Positions 9,345 to 18,572 of a stretch of DNA of 64,000 nt are shown here, piece by piece. The notes below the pieces were generated by a model. That model did not search any database. It was given only the letters and a program-made list of their open reading frames with translations, and was not told where the DNA came from. The stretch is from Fimbriiglobus sp. GTDB taxonomy: Bacteria > Planctomycetota > Planctomycetia > Gemmatales > Gemmataceae. Where the stretch lies: NCBI GenBank assembly GCA_025351325.1, contig JANXWE010000066.1:807-64806 (forward strand), written 5' to 3'. A program made the position numbers and the translations under genes. The first letter of the stretch is position 1, and each line of letters opens with the position of its first letter.

Positions 9345-10592
9345 TCAACCTTGTGTGCGAAGCACAATGAGAAGTGGAGTCGTTGCCGTTTTCCGTTCCG
9401 AGTACTTGTCGAGAAACGCTTTGAACTCTTTCGACTGTGCTGGGGGCGTGCGGAGGTTCGTCGGCAAGATGGCGAAGGCAATTCCGGATTTCTCGCCCGT
9501 CTTTTTCACGGCATTGGTCACTTTTCCAAGTGTATCGGCTGCAACCGATTTCGGATCACCGGTCGCCGAACGGCCGGGACGAGTCGGTGTGAGGTCGATG
9601 CCAAGAGTCTCTTTGAGATCTCGAATTTCGGTCGCACCGATTGGCAAAAGATGAGCCATGCCGACCGATCGTGGCTTCGGAGCCAGTTGCAGTTGTTCGC
9701 CCACGGCAGCCAGTAACTCGGCGATTTCCGAAGGCGAGACGCCTTCGAGATAGATTGCCACAGTCAGCGGGATTTTGTTGTTCAACAGCTCTTGGGTTTT
9801 CGCATCAATGGTCACCGCAATTCCCGATTTCTTGGCCACCGTTTGCAGCAACTCAAATGCGGACGCTGGAAACTTCGAGAAGAGATCGAGGCGGAAGGCC
9901 GGATCGAGTGCGAGTTCTTGTTTCAACCGCGTTTGCACGTCGAGGCTACCGAACTCGATGGCTTCCGTGAGGAACGGTAACCGCAAGCGGATTTCCGCGA
10001 GCGGCTTCGGATTCTCGATGATCCCGGAGCCGACGACATCGCCAATGGCAGATCGCGGGGTCGGTGCCCGTTCCAATTCCTTGGGCAGGTGAACGATCAC
10101 GTCGTTGTTCGGCACCGGTTGCACAACCGGAGGCTTTTCTTGAGGAGGATTCTGAACGGGTGCAATCGCTACGGAATCAGCGATCGGGGCGATCAATGTC
10201 GGGCCGGTGATCGGCAAACGACGCTGCTGCACTTTGTCTTGTTCACGGCGTTCCGAGGAGACGAATAGCCAGAAAGAAAGGCTGCACATGGCGAAGAAGA
10301 TCGACGCGGCGACAGCGTAGGGTAAAAAGTAGGGCCGACGGCTCGACGCCTGTTTCCGATGGCGGATTTGGATGATCGGCTGAATTCGGCCGAGTACCGC
10401 CGAGAGTTGCGACACGGGAATGGGGTGCTGCGTCGAAAAGCGCAGTTTGAGGGCATCGGCCTGCAAGGCACGGTACAGTGTCGCTGCTTCAGGCTTCGAG
10501 TTCAGCAGGTGCCCGATGGCCAGCGATTGACTCGACGAGAGTTCTCCGTCGACCGCGACCGTCAGCAATTCGAGTTCGTCGGCGTTCAACAT
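9345..10592 (-). CDS. anti-sigma factor, single-pass membrane protein
   Basis: It lies directly downstream of the ECF sigma gene. N-terminus LLTVAVDGELS...ATLYRALQADALKL is anti-sigma-like. There is a central TM (FLPYAVAASIFFAMCSLSFWLFV) and an external domain of about 270 aa. Confidence 0.7.
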   Translation of the reverse strand: MLNADELELLTVAVDGELSSSQSLAIGHLLNSKPEAATLYRALQADALKLRFSTQHPIPVSQLSAVLGRIQPIIQIRHRKQASSRRPYFLPYAVAASIFFAMCSLSFWLFVSSERREQDKVQQRRLPITGPTLIAPIADSVAIAPVQNPPQEKPPVVQPVPNNDVIVHLPKELERAPTPRSAIGDVVGSGIIENPKPLAEIRLRLPFLTEAIEFGSLDVQTRLKQELALDPAFRLDLFSKFPASAFELLQTVAKKSGIAVTIDAKTQELLNNKIPLTVAIYLEGVSPSEIAELLAAVGEQLQLAPKPRSVGMAHLLPIGATEIRDLKETLGIDLTPTRPGRSATGDPKSVAADTLGKVTNAVKKTGEKSGIAFAILPTNLRTPPAQSKEFKAFLDKYSERKTATTPLLIVLRTQG

Positions 10593-10642
10593 GGGTCTGA
10601 ATTCGTAATAGAGTTCGTTCGTCCTGACCGTTACCTGAGTCC

Positions 10643-11242
10643 TTAATCCTGGCTGGCCACCACTTGTTCACTGCCGGTGGATTCGGGATCGAGCAAGTTC
10701 CGCAATTCGAGCCGCGCCCGGTGCAATCGGCTCCGCACCGTGCCGATGGGCACCTTCATCAACTCCGCGATGTCATCGTATTTCAAACCGTCGATGTCCT
10801 TCATGAGCAACACCGCCCGGTGCTCGACCGAGAGTTTCAAGATCGCCGCCGCCAACATCCGCTCGTCTTCGGTTCGTTCCAGTGCGGAATCGGGGGCCAC
10901 ATCGGCCGAGCGATCTTCCGGGTCGATACCCGCCTCACCGTTTCTACCAACCCCGGCATCCAAGCTCACCACGGCTCGCTTCCGACGCTTGGCACTGATC
11001 GCCGTGTTGAAGGCGATCCGGTAGAGCCAAGTGAAGAACTCGGCGTCGCCTTTGAAGCTGGCCAGCGACTGGTACGCATTCACAAAAGCATCTTGAACGA
11101 CATCCAGGGCATCGTCGGGGTTGTCCATCACCCGGTTGGCCACGTGATAGAGCCGATCCTGATACCGCACCACCAGCTCTCCGAAGGAAGCGGTTTTGCC
11201 GGCCAGTGCTTCCGAAATCAGGCGTCGATCATCTGGATTCAC
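10643..11242 (-). CDS. ECF-type RNA polymerase sigma factor
   Basis: Region 2 (DDALDVVQDAFVNAY, FFTWLYRIAFN) and region 4 (LKYDDIAELMKVPIGTVRSRLHRAR) are present. GTG start at 11242. Confidence 0.9.
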   Translation of the reverse strand: MNPDDRRLISEALAGKTASFGELVVRYQDRLYHVANRVMDNPDDALDVVQDAFVNAYQSLASFKGDAEFFTWLYRIAFNTAISAKRRKRAVVSLDAGVGRNGEAGIDPEDRSADVAPDSALERTEDERMLAAAILKLSVEHRAVLLMKDIDGLKYDDIAELMKVPIGTVRSRLHRARLELRNLLDPESTGSEQVVASQD

Positions 11243-11259
11243 GTCGTTCTACACACCGA

Positions 11260-11285
11260 GACGCGGGTTCATGCCCAAAAGTTCC
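11260..11285 (-). promoter_or_regulatory. ECF-type autoregulatory promoter candidate for the sigma/anti-sigma operon
   Basis: The minus strand reads GGAAC (11285..11281), 17 nt, CGTC (11263..11260), about 18 nt upstream of the GTG start. This matches the common GGAAC-N16/17-CGTC ECF pattern. Confidence 0.4.
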
Positions 11286-11463
11286 CGATTTCCCGCAAAT
11301 CGATTCCACCGCTGGAAGTCGGACGTTAAACCCGGCCAATAATGTCGTTGCGTCTGATAAGCTATCAAATTTCCGGGTGGGACAGCTACTGCGATTGTCC
11401 GATCCGTACTATTCAATTGTACTCAGATTCGTTTTATTTCGTCGGAGAGGCTCGCCGAGCATC

Positions 11464-14400
11464 ATGGACAACCCGACCATTCAGGTTCGCGGCGCCCGCG
11501 AACACAATCTTCGCAACGTCAACTTAGAACTTCCCCGGAACAAATTGATCGTTTTCACCGGGGTCAGCGGTTCCGGCAAAAGTTCGCTCGCCTTCGACAC
11601 GTTGTACGCCGAGGGACAACGTCGGTACGTCGAAAGTCTCTCCAATTACGCCCGGCAGTTCCTTGGCCAACTCCCCAAACCCGACGTCGACTATATCGGC
11701 GGTTTGTCGCCGGCGATCAGCATCCAACAAAAAAGTGCGGCACGAAACCCGCGCTCGACCGTCGGCACCGTCACCGAGGTTTCGGACTATTTGCGGGTGT
11801 TGTACGCCCGCGTCGGCCTGGGGCATTGCCCGAATTGCAGCCGGCCGATTGCCGCCCAAACGCGAGAACAGATCCTGGGTCGGATTGCTGCGCTGCCAGA
11901 GGGAGCGCGGTTCAGCATTCTTGCGCCCGTGGTGCGTGGACAAAAAGGAGAGTTCAAAGATTTCTTCGCTGACATGGTGAAGCGTGGCTACGTTCGTGCC
12001 CGCGTCGATGGCGAAATTGTCCGTATGAGCGACGATCTCCGGCTCGACAAAAAGATCAAGCACTCTATCGAGATCGTCATCGACCGGCTGCAATTGAAAC
12101 CGACCGACGGCGCCCAACGCGTGCGGATGGCCGAAGCGGTGGAGCAAGCGCTCGCCCTCGCGGAAGGGAACGTCATCATTTCGGTGGAGCAAGAGATCGC
12201 GTCGGAAACACGCAAACCGAAATCCGAAATCCGATATTCCGACATCCTCTTGTCCGCCCACTACGCCTGCACGCATTGCAGCATCAGCTTCGAGCCGCCG
12301 ACCCCGCAACTCTTCAGCTTCAACAGCCCGATGGGGATGTGCCTCGTGTGCGAAGGCCTCGGCCGCGTCCACAGCTTCGCCCACGAATTGCTCATCGCCG
12401 AACCGACCAAAAGTCTGAGCGACGGTGCGATTCCCCTCGTCGGGGCCGTCAAAGGGATGGGCCGCTGGAAAAAGCACATCTACGAAGGCGTGGCCACCTC
12501 GCTCGGCCTCGACCTCAAAATGCCCTGGAACAAAATGCCGACCGAGCAGCAGCGGCTCTGGTTGCAGGGTTCCGGCGACCGGCACATCGTGTGGGAGTGG
12601 AAGCAGCGCGGCGGCAAGGTCTGGAAACATAGCGGCAAGTGGGAAGGGATCATCCCTCAGCTCATCGGCCAGTTCAAAAAAGCGACCGCCGGCCCGCGGC
12701 GGATGCAGCTCGAAAAGTACATGCGAGTGCAGAACTGCACCGCGTGCCAGGGGGAGCGGCTCAACCCGCAAGCCCGCGCCGTGCGCGTCGGGGATCAAAC
12801 CATTGTGCAAGTCGGCCACATGCCCATCGGCGATCTCGTGCCGTGGTTCGGCACCATGGAAAAAACGTTGACCGCCGTTCAGCGATTCATCGCCGGGGAA
12901 CTGCTCAAAGAGATCCGCTCCCGGCTCGGCTTCCTGCTCAACGTCGGCTTGCACTACCTCAGTCTGGATCGTTCTGCCCCGACCCTCTCGGGGGGCGAAG
13001 CCCAGCGCATCCGCCTCGCCGGGCAGATCGGTTCGGGGCTAGTCGGCGTGCTCTACATCCTCGACGAACCGAGTATCGGCTTGCACCCGCGCGACAACGA
13101 GAGACTGCTCGCCAGCCTGTTGCACCTCCGCGACATGGGCAACACGGTGCTGGTGGTGGAGCATGACGAAGAGACGATGCGGGCCGCGGATTACCTCGTT
13201 GATTTCGGCCCTGGCCCGGGCGTTCGTGGCGGCGAAATCGTCGCGGCGGGTTTACCGAGCGAGGTGCTGGCCAACCCGAACAGCCCCACGGGGCAGTACC
13301 TCACCGGTGTGAAGACGATCCCGATTCCGAAGAAGCGGCGACCGGTCTCCGACAAGGCCATCAAAATCGTCGGGGCCAAGCACAACAACTTGAAAAATGT
13401 GGACGTGAGTATCCCCCTCGGCGTATTCGTTGTCGTCACCGGTGTCAGTGGCAGCGGCAAGAGTTCGCTGATCAACGACGTGCTCAAGTGCGGATTTGGG
13501 ATTTCGGATTTCGAATTGGAAGAGGAAGACAGCGAAAGTGATGCCGAGCTGCCGACATCCAATTCCGAACTCCGCAGCCGGGTGGAACGGATCGAGGGTT
13601 TCGACGCGATCGACAAGTTGATCGACATCGACCAAGCGCCGATCGGGCGGACGCCCCGTTCGAACCCGGCGACCTACATCAAAGTCTGGGACGAGATTCG
13701 GACGCTCTACGCCAACATGAGCGATGCCAAACTGCGGGGCTACAACGCCGGGCGATTCAGTTTCAACCGCCCCGGTGGCCGCTGCGAGGCGTGCGAAGGC
13801 AACGGCTCCAACAAGTTGGAAATGGACTTCCTCGCCGACGTCTGGGTGACCTGCCCGATCTGCGAGGGGCGCCGCTTCAACCACGAAACCCTCCAGGTGA
13901 AGTACCGCGGCAAGAGCATCCACGACGTGCTCGAATTGGAAGTCGGCCAGGGGGTGACGCACTTCGAGAACGTCCCCAAAGTCCACGCGATGTTACAAAC
14001 TCTCCACGATGTGGGCCTCGATTACATCAAGCTCGGCCAGCCGTCGCCGACGCTCTCGGGGGGCGAAGCCCAGCGGGTCAAACTCGCCAAGGAACTCTGC
14101 CGCAAGGGGAGCGGCAAGACGCTGTACATCCTCGACGAACCGACCACCGGGTTGCACTTCGAGGACATCCGCAAGTTGCTCGAGGTGCTCCACGGCTTCG
14201 TCGATCAGGGCAACACCGTCCTCGTGATCGAGCACAATTTGGACGTCATCAAGACCGCCGATTGGGTCATCGACATGGGGCCGGAAGGGGGCAGCACCGG
14301 CGGGCAACTCGTGGCGTGCGGAACCCCGGAAGCGTTGACCAAAGTGGCCGCGTCGCACACGGGGCAGGCCCTGTTGCCCGTGCTGTTCCCCAAGAAAGCC

Positions 14401-17400
14401 AAGGCCAAAGCGGGGAAAGTTCGCAAGGCTACCGCGGCTCCGCTCCAAGTGGAGATGACGCACCTCGAAGTCGAGGGGGCGTCGCAGCACAACTTGAAAA
14501 ATGTGAACGCCCGCATCCCCCGCAACGAGATGACCGTCTTCTGCGGGCCGAGCGGCTCGGGCAAATCGTCGCTGGCGATGGACACCATTTACGCCGAGGG
14601 GCAGCGCCGGTACGTCGAAAGTTTGTCGAGCTACGCCCGGCAATTTCTCGGGCAGGTGCAGAAGCCACGCGTCGAAAGCATCACCGGATTATCGCCCGCC
14701 ATCGCCATCGAACAGAAGACCACGAGTAAATCGCCACGCTCCACCGTCGGCACGATTACCGAGGTCTACGACTACCTGCGCATCTTGTTCACGCGGGTGG
14801 GCCAGCGCTTTTGTCCGCACTGCCAGATCCCCATCGGCACCCAGACGAAGGACGAGATCGTCGAGAAGATCTTGGGCCTCCCGGAGGGGACCAAGCTGTA
14901 CATCCTCGCGCCGTTGGAGCGCAAGGGGCAGGAGAAATACGACACCGTCTGGGAGGAAATCCGCCGGTCGGGTTTCGTGCGGATGCGCGTCGATGGCAAG
15001 TCGTACGGCGTCGACGAGCCGCCGGAAATCGACCACAAGCGGAAGCACAAGATCGAAGTCGTCGTGGACCGCAACGTCGTCCGGCCCGGCACCCGCACCC
15101 GCATCGCGGACGCCGTGGAGCAGGCCCTGAGCCTCGGCCTGGGGGTCATGCACCTCGCCTACGTCGATCTCGACCGCGATGAAACGCTCTGGAAAGTGGA
15201 GCGGTTCTCGCAGCATCTCGCCTGCGACCAGTGCGGGCGGAGCTACGAGCAACTCACCCCGAACAACTACAGCTTCAACAGCCCGCTCGGGTGGTGCCCG
15301 ACTTGCGAAGGCTTGGGCGTCCAGCGCGGTGCCAGCGTGGCCCTGCTCATCGGCAACCCCAAGCTCAGCGTCCGCCAGGGGGCCATCGTCGCCTGGCCAC
15401 GCCCTGACGCAAGCAGCCCGTGGCTCCCGTTCGCAGCCGGTATCGCCGCCCACGTCGGCTTCGACCTCGACACGCCGTACCAAGATCTCGATCCCATCCA
15501 CCAGCGGGCGATCCTCCAAGGGACGGGCGAGGCCTGGATCACTTTGATTTCGGATTTGGGAATGAGGATTTCGGATCCGAAATCTAAGAAATCGAAGAAG
15601 CCTGCGAAAGGTGATTCCGACAATCCCAAATCCGCAATCCCGAATCCGAAATTCCAATACAAGGGTCTCTTCCCCGCCATCGACGAAGCGTCCCGCGTGA
15701 GTTACCAGTACCGGGCGCGGCTCGACCACGTCGTGGACGAGGTGCCCTGCGTCGCCTGCCACGGCGGGCGGTTGCGGGCCGATGCTACGGCCACGCGCTA
15801 CTTGAACCAGACGATCCGCGAAGTCTGCGCCCACCCCATCGGCATCATGCTCCGACAATTCGAAGCGGTGACGTTGGCGGACGCCGAGCAGAAAGTCATC
15901 GGGGAAGTGCTGCGGGAGATCATCAACCGCGTCAAGTTCCTCGTCGACGTCGGCTTGGAATATTTGTCGCTGGATCGCCCCGGCCCGACGCTGTCCGGCG
16001 GCGAAGCGCAGCGGATTCGACTGGCCTCGCAGATCGGTAGCGGCCTGACGGGTGTGCTTTACGTATTGGATGAACCAACCATCGGCCTGCACCCGCGTGA
16101 CAACGCCCGCTTGCTGAAAGCGCTGCATCATCTCCGCGATCTCGGCAACACGTTGCTGCTCGTGGAACACGACCGCGAAGTGATCGCCTCCGCCGATTAC
16201 CTGTTCGACTTCGGCCCCGGTGCCGGCCGGCATGGTGGGGAAATCACGGCCGAGGGAATCCCAAGTGCGGTGCTGAAATCGAAGGCGTCGCTCACGGGAC
16301 AGTACCTGTCCGGCAAGCTCGCGATCGCGGTACCCACGAACCGCCGCATCCATCGCATCGAGCCGAAGAAATTCATGCAGCACGCCGATGCCACCGTTGC
16401 CGAACTCCGGGCAGCATTCCAGTTCCCGCACAAGAGTTTCCTCAGCGTGCTCGGCGCCCGGCACCACAACCTGCGCAACGTCGATGTCCACCTTCCACTC
16501 GGGGCGTTCGTCGTCGTCACGGGGGTGAGTGGCTCCGGGAAAAGTTCGCTCGTCAACGAGGTGCTCTTCAACACCTTGGCGCGGCGGTTGAATCGCGCCC
16601 GCACCACCGGTGCGGCTCACGACGACATCACCGGCATCGAGAACATCGACAAAATCATTCGCGTCGATCAAGACCCGCTCGGTAATTCCCCGTCGAGCAA
16701 CCCGGCCACCTACACCGGTGTCTTCGACCTCATCCGCGAGCTGTTCAGCCGGATGCCTGAATCGAAAGTTCGTGGCTATCCGCCGCGACGCTTCAGTTTC
16801 AACCAGAAAGGCGGCCGGTGCGAAGCGTGCGAAGGCAACGGCCAAAAGAAGATCGAGATGCATTTCCTCCCCGATGTCTGGGTCGAGTGCGACACCTGCC
16901 ATGGCACACGGTACAACCCCGAAACGCTGGCCGTGCAGTACCGCGGCAAGAGCGTCAGCGACGTGTTGAATCTGCCCGTCGATGACGCGCTCGAACTGTT
17001 CGGCAACATCCCCAAGATCCGGGTGATTTTGCAAACGCTCTCCGATGTCGGCCTGGGTTACATGCAGCTCGGGCAGCCGGCACCGACCATGAGTGGCGGC
17101 GAAGCGCAGCGGGTCAAACTCGCCGCGGAACTCGCCCGGCCCAGCACCGGCAAGACGCTCTATCTGCTCGACGAGCCGACGACCGGGCTGCACTTCGACG
17201 ACGTTAAGAAGCTGTTGAACGTGCTCCACCGGTTGACCGATCTGGGCAACACGGTGATCGTGGTCGAGCACAATTTGGACGTCATCAAGACGGCCGATTG
17301 GATCGTCGATATGGGGCCGGAAGCCGGGAGTGGCGGTGGCGAAGTGGTTACGTGTGGCACTCCGGAAGCCGTCGTTCAATTCGCGGATGCCCACCCCGAG

Positions 17401-18492
17401 TTGCCGCTGTACACGAGCCGCGCTTTGAAGCCGGCGCTGGTAGCCGGGCCGTTCGCCGAACGCGAGCGATACGATGCCAAGAAGGCGCTCGCCAAGAAGC
17501 TCGGCGACCTCTCTCTCGACGACGTCGGCAAGGATCAGAAGTTGCCCTGGGAAGCGAACGGGATCCAGTGGCACACGCGGGATCGCATCACCACCAAAGG
17601 CTCACCCTGCAAATGGGACGGGGCCGCGTTGCTCGAGGTCATCACGGGAATTGAGCAACTCGGCAACTTCAGCGATACCGTCTGGGAGCATCGCAGCATC
17701 GTGGAAATCCCAGCCGCGAAGAAATCGCTCGGCTGGTTCTTGCACGCCATGACCGGGCACGAGGCGTACTTGAAACTCGTCTTCCGAGTCGCCCGCAACA
17801 CCTTCAAGCAGGCCACCCTGGTGGAGAAGTTAGCCCTGCGACCGCTCAGCGATTATCCCGGCCACGAGGGGTACGCCCGCGATCACCGCGTGGAAGTCTC
17901 GAACCCGCGTGGCCCGTGGCAAGAAGTCGTTGTGACCATCGTGAAAGTGGCCGAGGTTCAAGTGCCATCGTTTCGAGAATTTTTGAAACAGGCGGCCGAT
18001 TCGTTCCTCGCGGCGACTGCCAAGACCGACGGAGCCTCGGCGGTGGATGCAGCGATGCCTTGGAAAATCAACGGCGAGCAATGGCACGTTGGCGACAAAG
18101 GCTTTCCGCCCGGCAAGAAGCCGAAATGGGATCGGGCGTTGCTACCGAAGCTCCTCCAACTTCTGCACGATGTGGAGCCAACGGCCGAACTGAAGCACGA
18201 CGTCCGCGATGCCATCACCGTGCGGCTGCCGGACATCAGCCGCTTCTGGGTGAGGATCAAGACGAAAGAAGTGGCGTCACTCGAAGTCTGGCTCGTCGCC
18301 AAACCGGGTGCCTTCAACGCTGCCCGGTTCGAAGGCGTCGGTGCGTTGGCCACGGTGGAAGCCGACCGGCAAGAAGGCTGCGCGGTCGTGAAATTGCATT
18401 TCGTGCTGGCGGAACAGCTCGCCTCCAAAAAACTCCTGCCGCTGTTGCGTGAACTGCGACAGGGATTCATCGGCTTGTTCGGCGAACCGTAA
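11464..18492 (+). CDS. uvrA: giant tandem UvrA-UvrA fusion protein with unassigned C-terminal extension containing a duplicated domain (2342 aa)
   Basis: Four Walker A sites (three GVSGSGKSS, one GPSGSGKSS) and four LSGGEAQR signatures. The zinc modules and UvrB-binding-type inserts are present in each half. I chose the ATG at 11464 ([16 protein letters not shown]) because the 11206 start overlaps the divergent sigma gene and adds junk sequence. Confidence 0.85.
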   Translation: MDNPTIQVRGAREHNLRNVNLELPRNKLIVFTGVSGSGKSSLAFDTLYAEGQRRYVESLSNYARQFLGQLPKPDVDYIGGLSPAISIQQKSAARNPRSTVGTVTEVSDYLRVLYARVGLGHCPNCSRPIAAQTREQILGRIAALPEGARFSILAPVVRGQKGEFKDFFADMVKRGYVRARVDGEIVRMSDDLRLDKKIKHSIEIVIDRLQLKPTDGAQRVRMAEAVEQALALAEGNVIISVEQEIASETRKPKSEIRYSDILLSAHYACTHCSISFEPPTPQLFSFNSPMGMCLVCEGLGRVHSFAHELLIAEPTKSLSDGAIPLVGAVKGMGRWKKHIYEGVATSLGLDLKMPWNKMPTEQQRLWLQGSGDRHIVWEWKQRGGKVWKHSGKWEGIIPQLIGQFKKATAGPRRMQLEKYMRVQNCTACQGERLNPQARAVRVGDQTIVQVGHMPIGDLVPWFGTMEKTLTAVQRFIAGELLKEIRSRLGFLLNVGLHYLSLDRSAPTLSGGEAQRIRLAGQIGSGLVGVLYILDEPSIGLHPRDNERLLASLLHLRDMGNTVLVVEHDEETMRAADYLVDFGPGPGVRGGEIVAAGLPSEVLANPNSPTGQYLTGVKTIPIPKKRRPVSDKAIKIVGAKHNNLKNVDVSIPLGVFVVVTGVSGSGKSSLINDVLKCGFGISDFELEEEDSESDAELPTSNSELRSRVERIEGFDAIDKLIDIDQAPIGRTPRSNPATYIKVWDEIRTLYANMSDAKLRGYNAGRFSFNRPGGRCEACEGNGSNKLEMDFLADVWVTCPICEGRRFNHETLQVKYRGKSIHDVLELEVGQGVTHFENVPKVHAMLQTLHDVGLDYIKLGQPSPTLSGGEAQRVKLAKELCRKGSGKTLYILDEPTTGLHFEDIRKLLEVLHGFVDQGNTVLVIEHNLDVIKTADWVIDMGPEGGSTGGQLVACGTPEALTKVAASHTGQALLPVLFPKKAKAKAGKVRKATAAPLQVEMTHLEVEGASQHNLKNVNARIPRNEMTVFCGPSGSGKSSLAMDTIYAEGQRRYVESLSSYARQFLGQVQKPRVESITGLSPAIAIEQKTTSKSPRSTVGTITEVYDYLRILFTRVGQRFCPHCQIPIGTQTKDEIVEKILGLPEGTKLYILAPLERKGQEKYDTVWEEIRRSGFVRMRVDGKSYGVDEPPEIDHKRKHKIEVVVDRNVVRPGTRTRIADAVEQALSLGLGVMHLAYVDLDRDETLWKVERFSQHLACDQCGRSYEQLTPNNYSFNSPLGWCPTCEGLGVQRGASVALLIGNPKLSVRQGAIVAWPRPDASSPWLPFAAGIAAHVGFDLDTPYQDLDPIHQRAILQGTGEAWITLISDLGMRISDPKSKKSKKPAKGDSDNPKSAIPNPKFQYKGLFPAIDEASRVSYQYRARLDHVVDEVPCVACHGGRLRADATATRYLNQTIREVCAHPIGIMLRQFEAVTLADAEQKVIGEVLREIINRVKFLVDVGLEYLSLDRPGPTLSGGEAQRIRLASQIGSGLTGVLYVLDEPTIGLHPRDNARLLKALHHLRDLGNTLLLVEHDREVIASADYLFDFGPGAGRHGGEITAEGIPSAVLKSKASLTGQYLSGKLAIAVPTNRRIHRIEPKKFMQHADATVAELRAAFQFPHKSFLSVLGARHHNLRNVDVHLPLGAFVVVTGVSGSGKSSLVNEVLFNTLARRLNRARTTGAAHDDITGIENIDKIIRVDQDPLGNSPSSNPATYTGVFDLIRELFSRMPESKVRGYPPRRFSFNQKGGRCEACEGNGQKKIEMHFLPDVWVECDTCHGTRYNPETLAVQYRGKSVSDVLNLPVDDALELFGNIPKIRVILQTLSDVGLGYMQLGQPAPTMSGGEAQRVKLAAELARPSTGKTLYLLDEPTTGLHFDDVKKLLNVLHRLTDLGNTVIVVEHNLDVIKTADWIVDMGPEAGSGGGEVVTCGTPEAVVQFADAHPELPLYTSRALKPALVAGPFAERERYDAKKALAKKLGDLSLDDVGKDQKLPWEANGIQWHTRDRITTKGSPCKWDGAALLEVITGIEQLGNFSDTVWEHRSIVEIPAAKKSLGWFLHAMTGHEAYLKLVFRVARNTFKQATLVEKLALRPLSDYPGHEGYARDHRVEVSNPRGPWQEVVVTIVKVAEVQVPSFREFLKQAADSFLAATAKTDGASAVDAAMPWKINGEQWHVGDKGFPPGKKPKWDRALLPKLLQLLHDVEPTAELKHDVRDAITVRLPDISRFWVRIKTKEVASLEVWLVAKPGAFNAARFEGVGALATVEADRQEGCAVVKLHFVLAEQLASKKLLPLLRELRQGFIGLFGEP
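12179..12240. repeat. degenerate heptamer-palindrome element inside uvrA module 1 (weak copy)
   Basis: TTCGGTGGAG at about 12180 resembles the inner end of the left arm of the 29056 element. Three AwTCCGn-type units (AAATCCG AAATCCG ATATTCC) sit at 12220..12240. It encodes [19 protein letters not shown]. Confidence 0.35.
13490..13576. repeat. heptamer-palindrome element inserted in frame in uvrA module 1
   Basis: Left arm is GCGGATT TGGGATT TCGGATT TCGAATT (13490..13517). Right arm TCCAATTCCGAACTCCGCA (13558..13576) is its imperfect reverse complement. Span is 87 nt (29 codons), encoding [29 protein letters not shown]. Confidence 0.7.
14455..17400 (+). other. UvrA module 2 (second complete UvrA, diverged from module 1)
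   Basis: [17 protein letters not shown]... with CPHCQIP, CDQC...CPTCEG and CEACEGNG...CDTCHG zinc modules and two ABC sites. The DNA differs from module 1 at many synonymous positions. Confidence 0.8.
15550..15655. repeat. heptamer-palindrome element inserted in frame in uvrA module 2
   Basis: Left arm is TCGGATT TGGGAAT GAGGATT TCGGATC CGAAATC (15550..15584). Right arm is ATTCCGA CAATCCC AAATCCG CAATCCC GAATCCG AAATTCC (15614..15655). It encodes [35 protein letters not shown]. Confidence 0.7.
17541..18489 (+). other. C-terminal tandem duplication of an unassigned domain (about 170 + 145 aa)
   Basis: Repeat 1 begins [14 protein letters not shown]...[11 protein letters not shown]. Repeat 2 begins [14 protein letters not shown]...[11 protein letters not shown]. 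Both continue into alternating hydrophobic strand-like segments. Confidence 0.6.
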
Positions 18493-18572
18493 TTGTCACC
18501 ATTTTTTACCCCGATAGAGGTTTCATTCCACATCCCAGGGTCGCTGTTTCGGCGCACCCTGGGAAACCAGCA

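Larger units (their letters stand above)
11464..14388 (+). other. UvrA module 1 (complete class-I-like UvrA)
   Basis: [19 protein letters not shown]...[10 protein letters not shown]. Contains CPNCSRP, CTHC...CLVCEG and CEACEGNG...CPICEG zinc modules and two ABC sites. A K/A-rich linker ([17 protein letters not shown]) follows at about 14389..14454. Confidence 0.8.

Noticed and set aside
11206-11463. N-terminal extension of the giant ORF (the ORF track starts it at 11206).
   Set aside because: The extension overlaps the divergent ECF sigma gene start and promoter and translates to non-UvrA junk. The canonical UvrA N-terminus ([16 protein letters not shown]) begins at the ATG at 11464.
14689-17574. 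961-aa ORF on the minus strand, antisense to uvrA. Similar long antisense ORFs occur at 11524..12954, 54250..56070, 30550..31794, 52625..54034, 3040..4179 and 6393..7226.
   Set aside because: They lie opposite genes with unmistakable protein signatures. They translate to R/G/D/H/V-rich low-complexity sequence without motifs. They are the expected stop-poor shadow frames of a high-GC genome.
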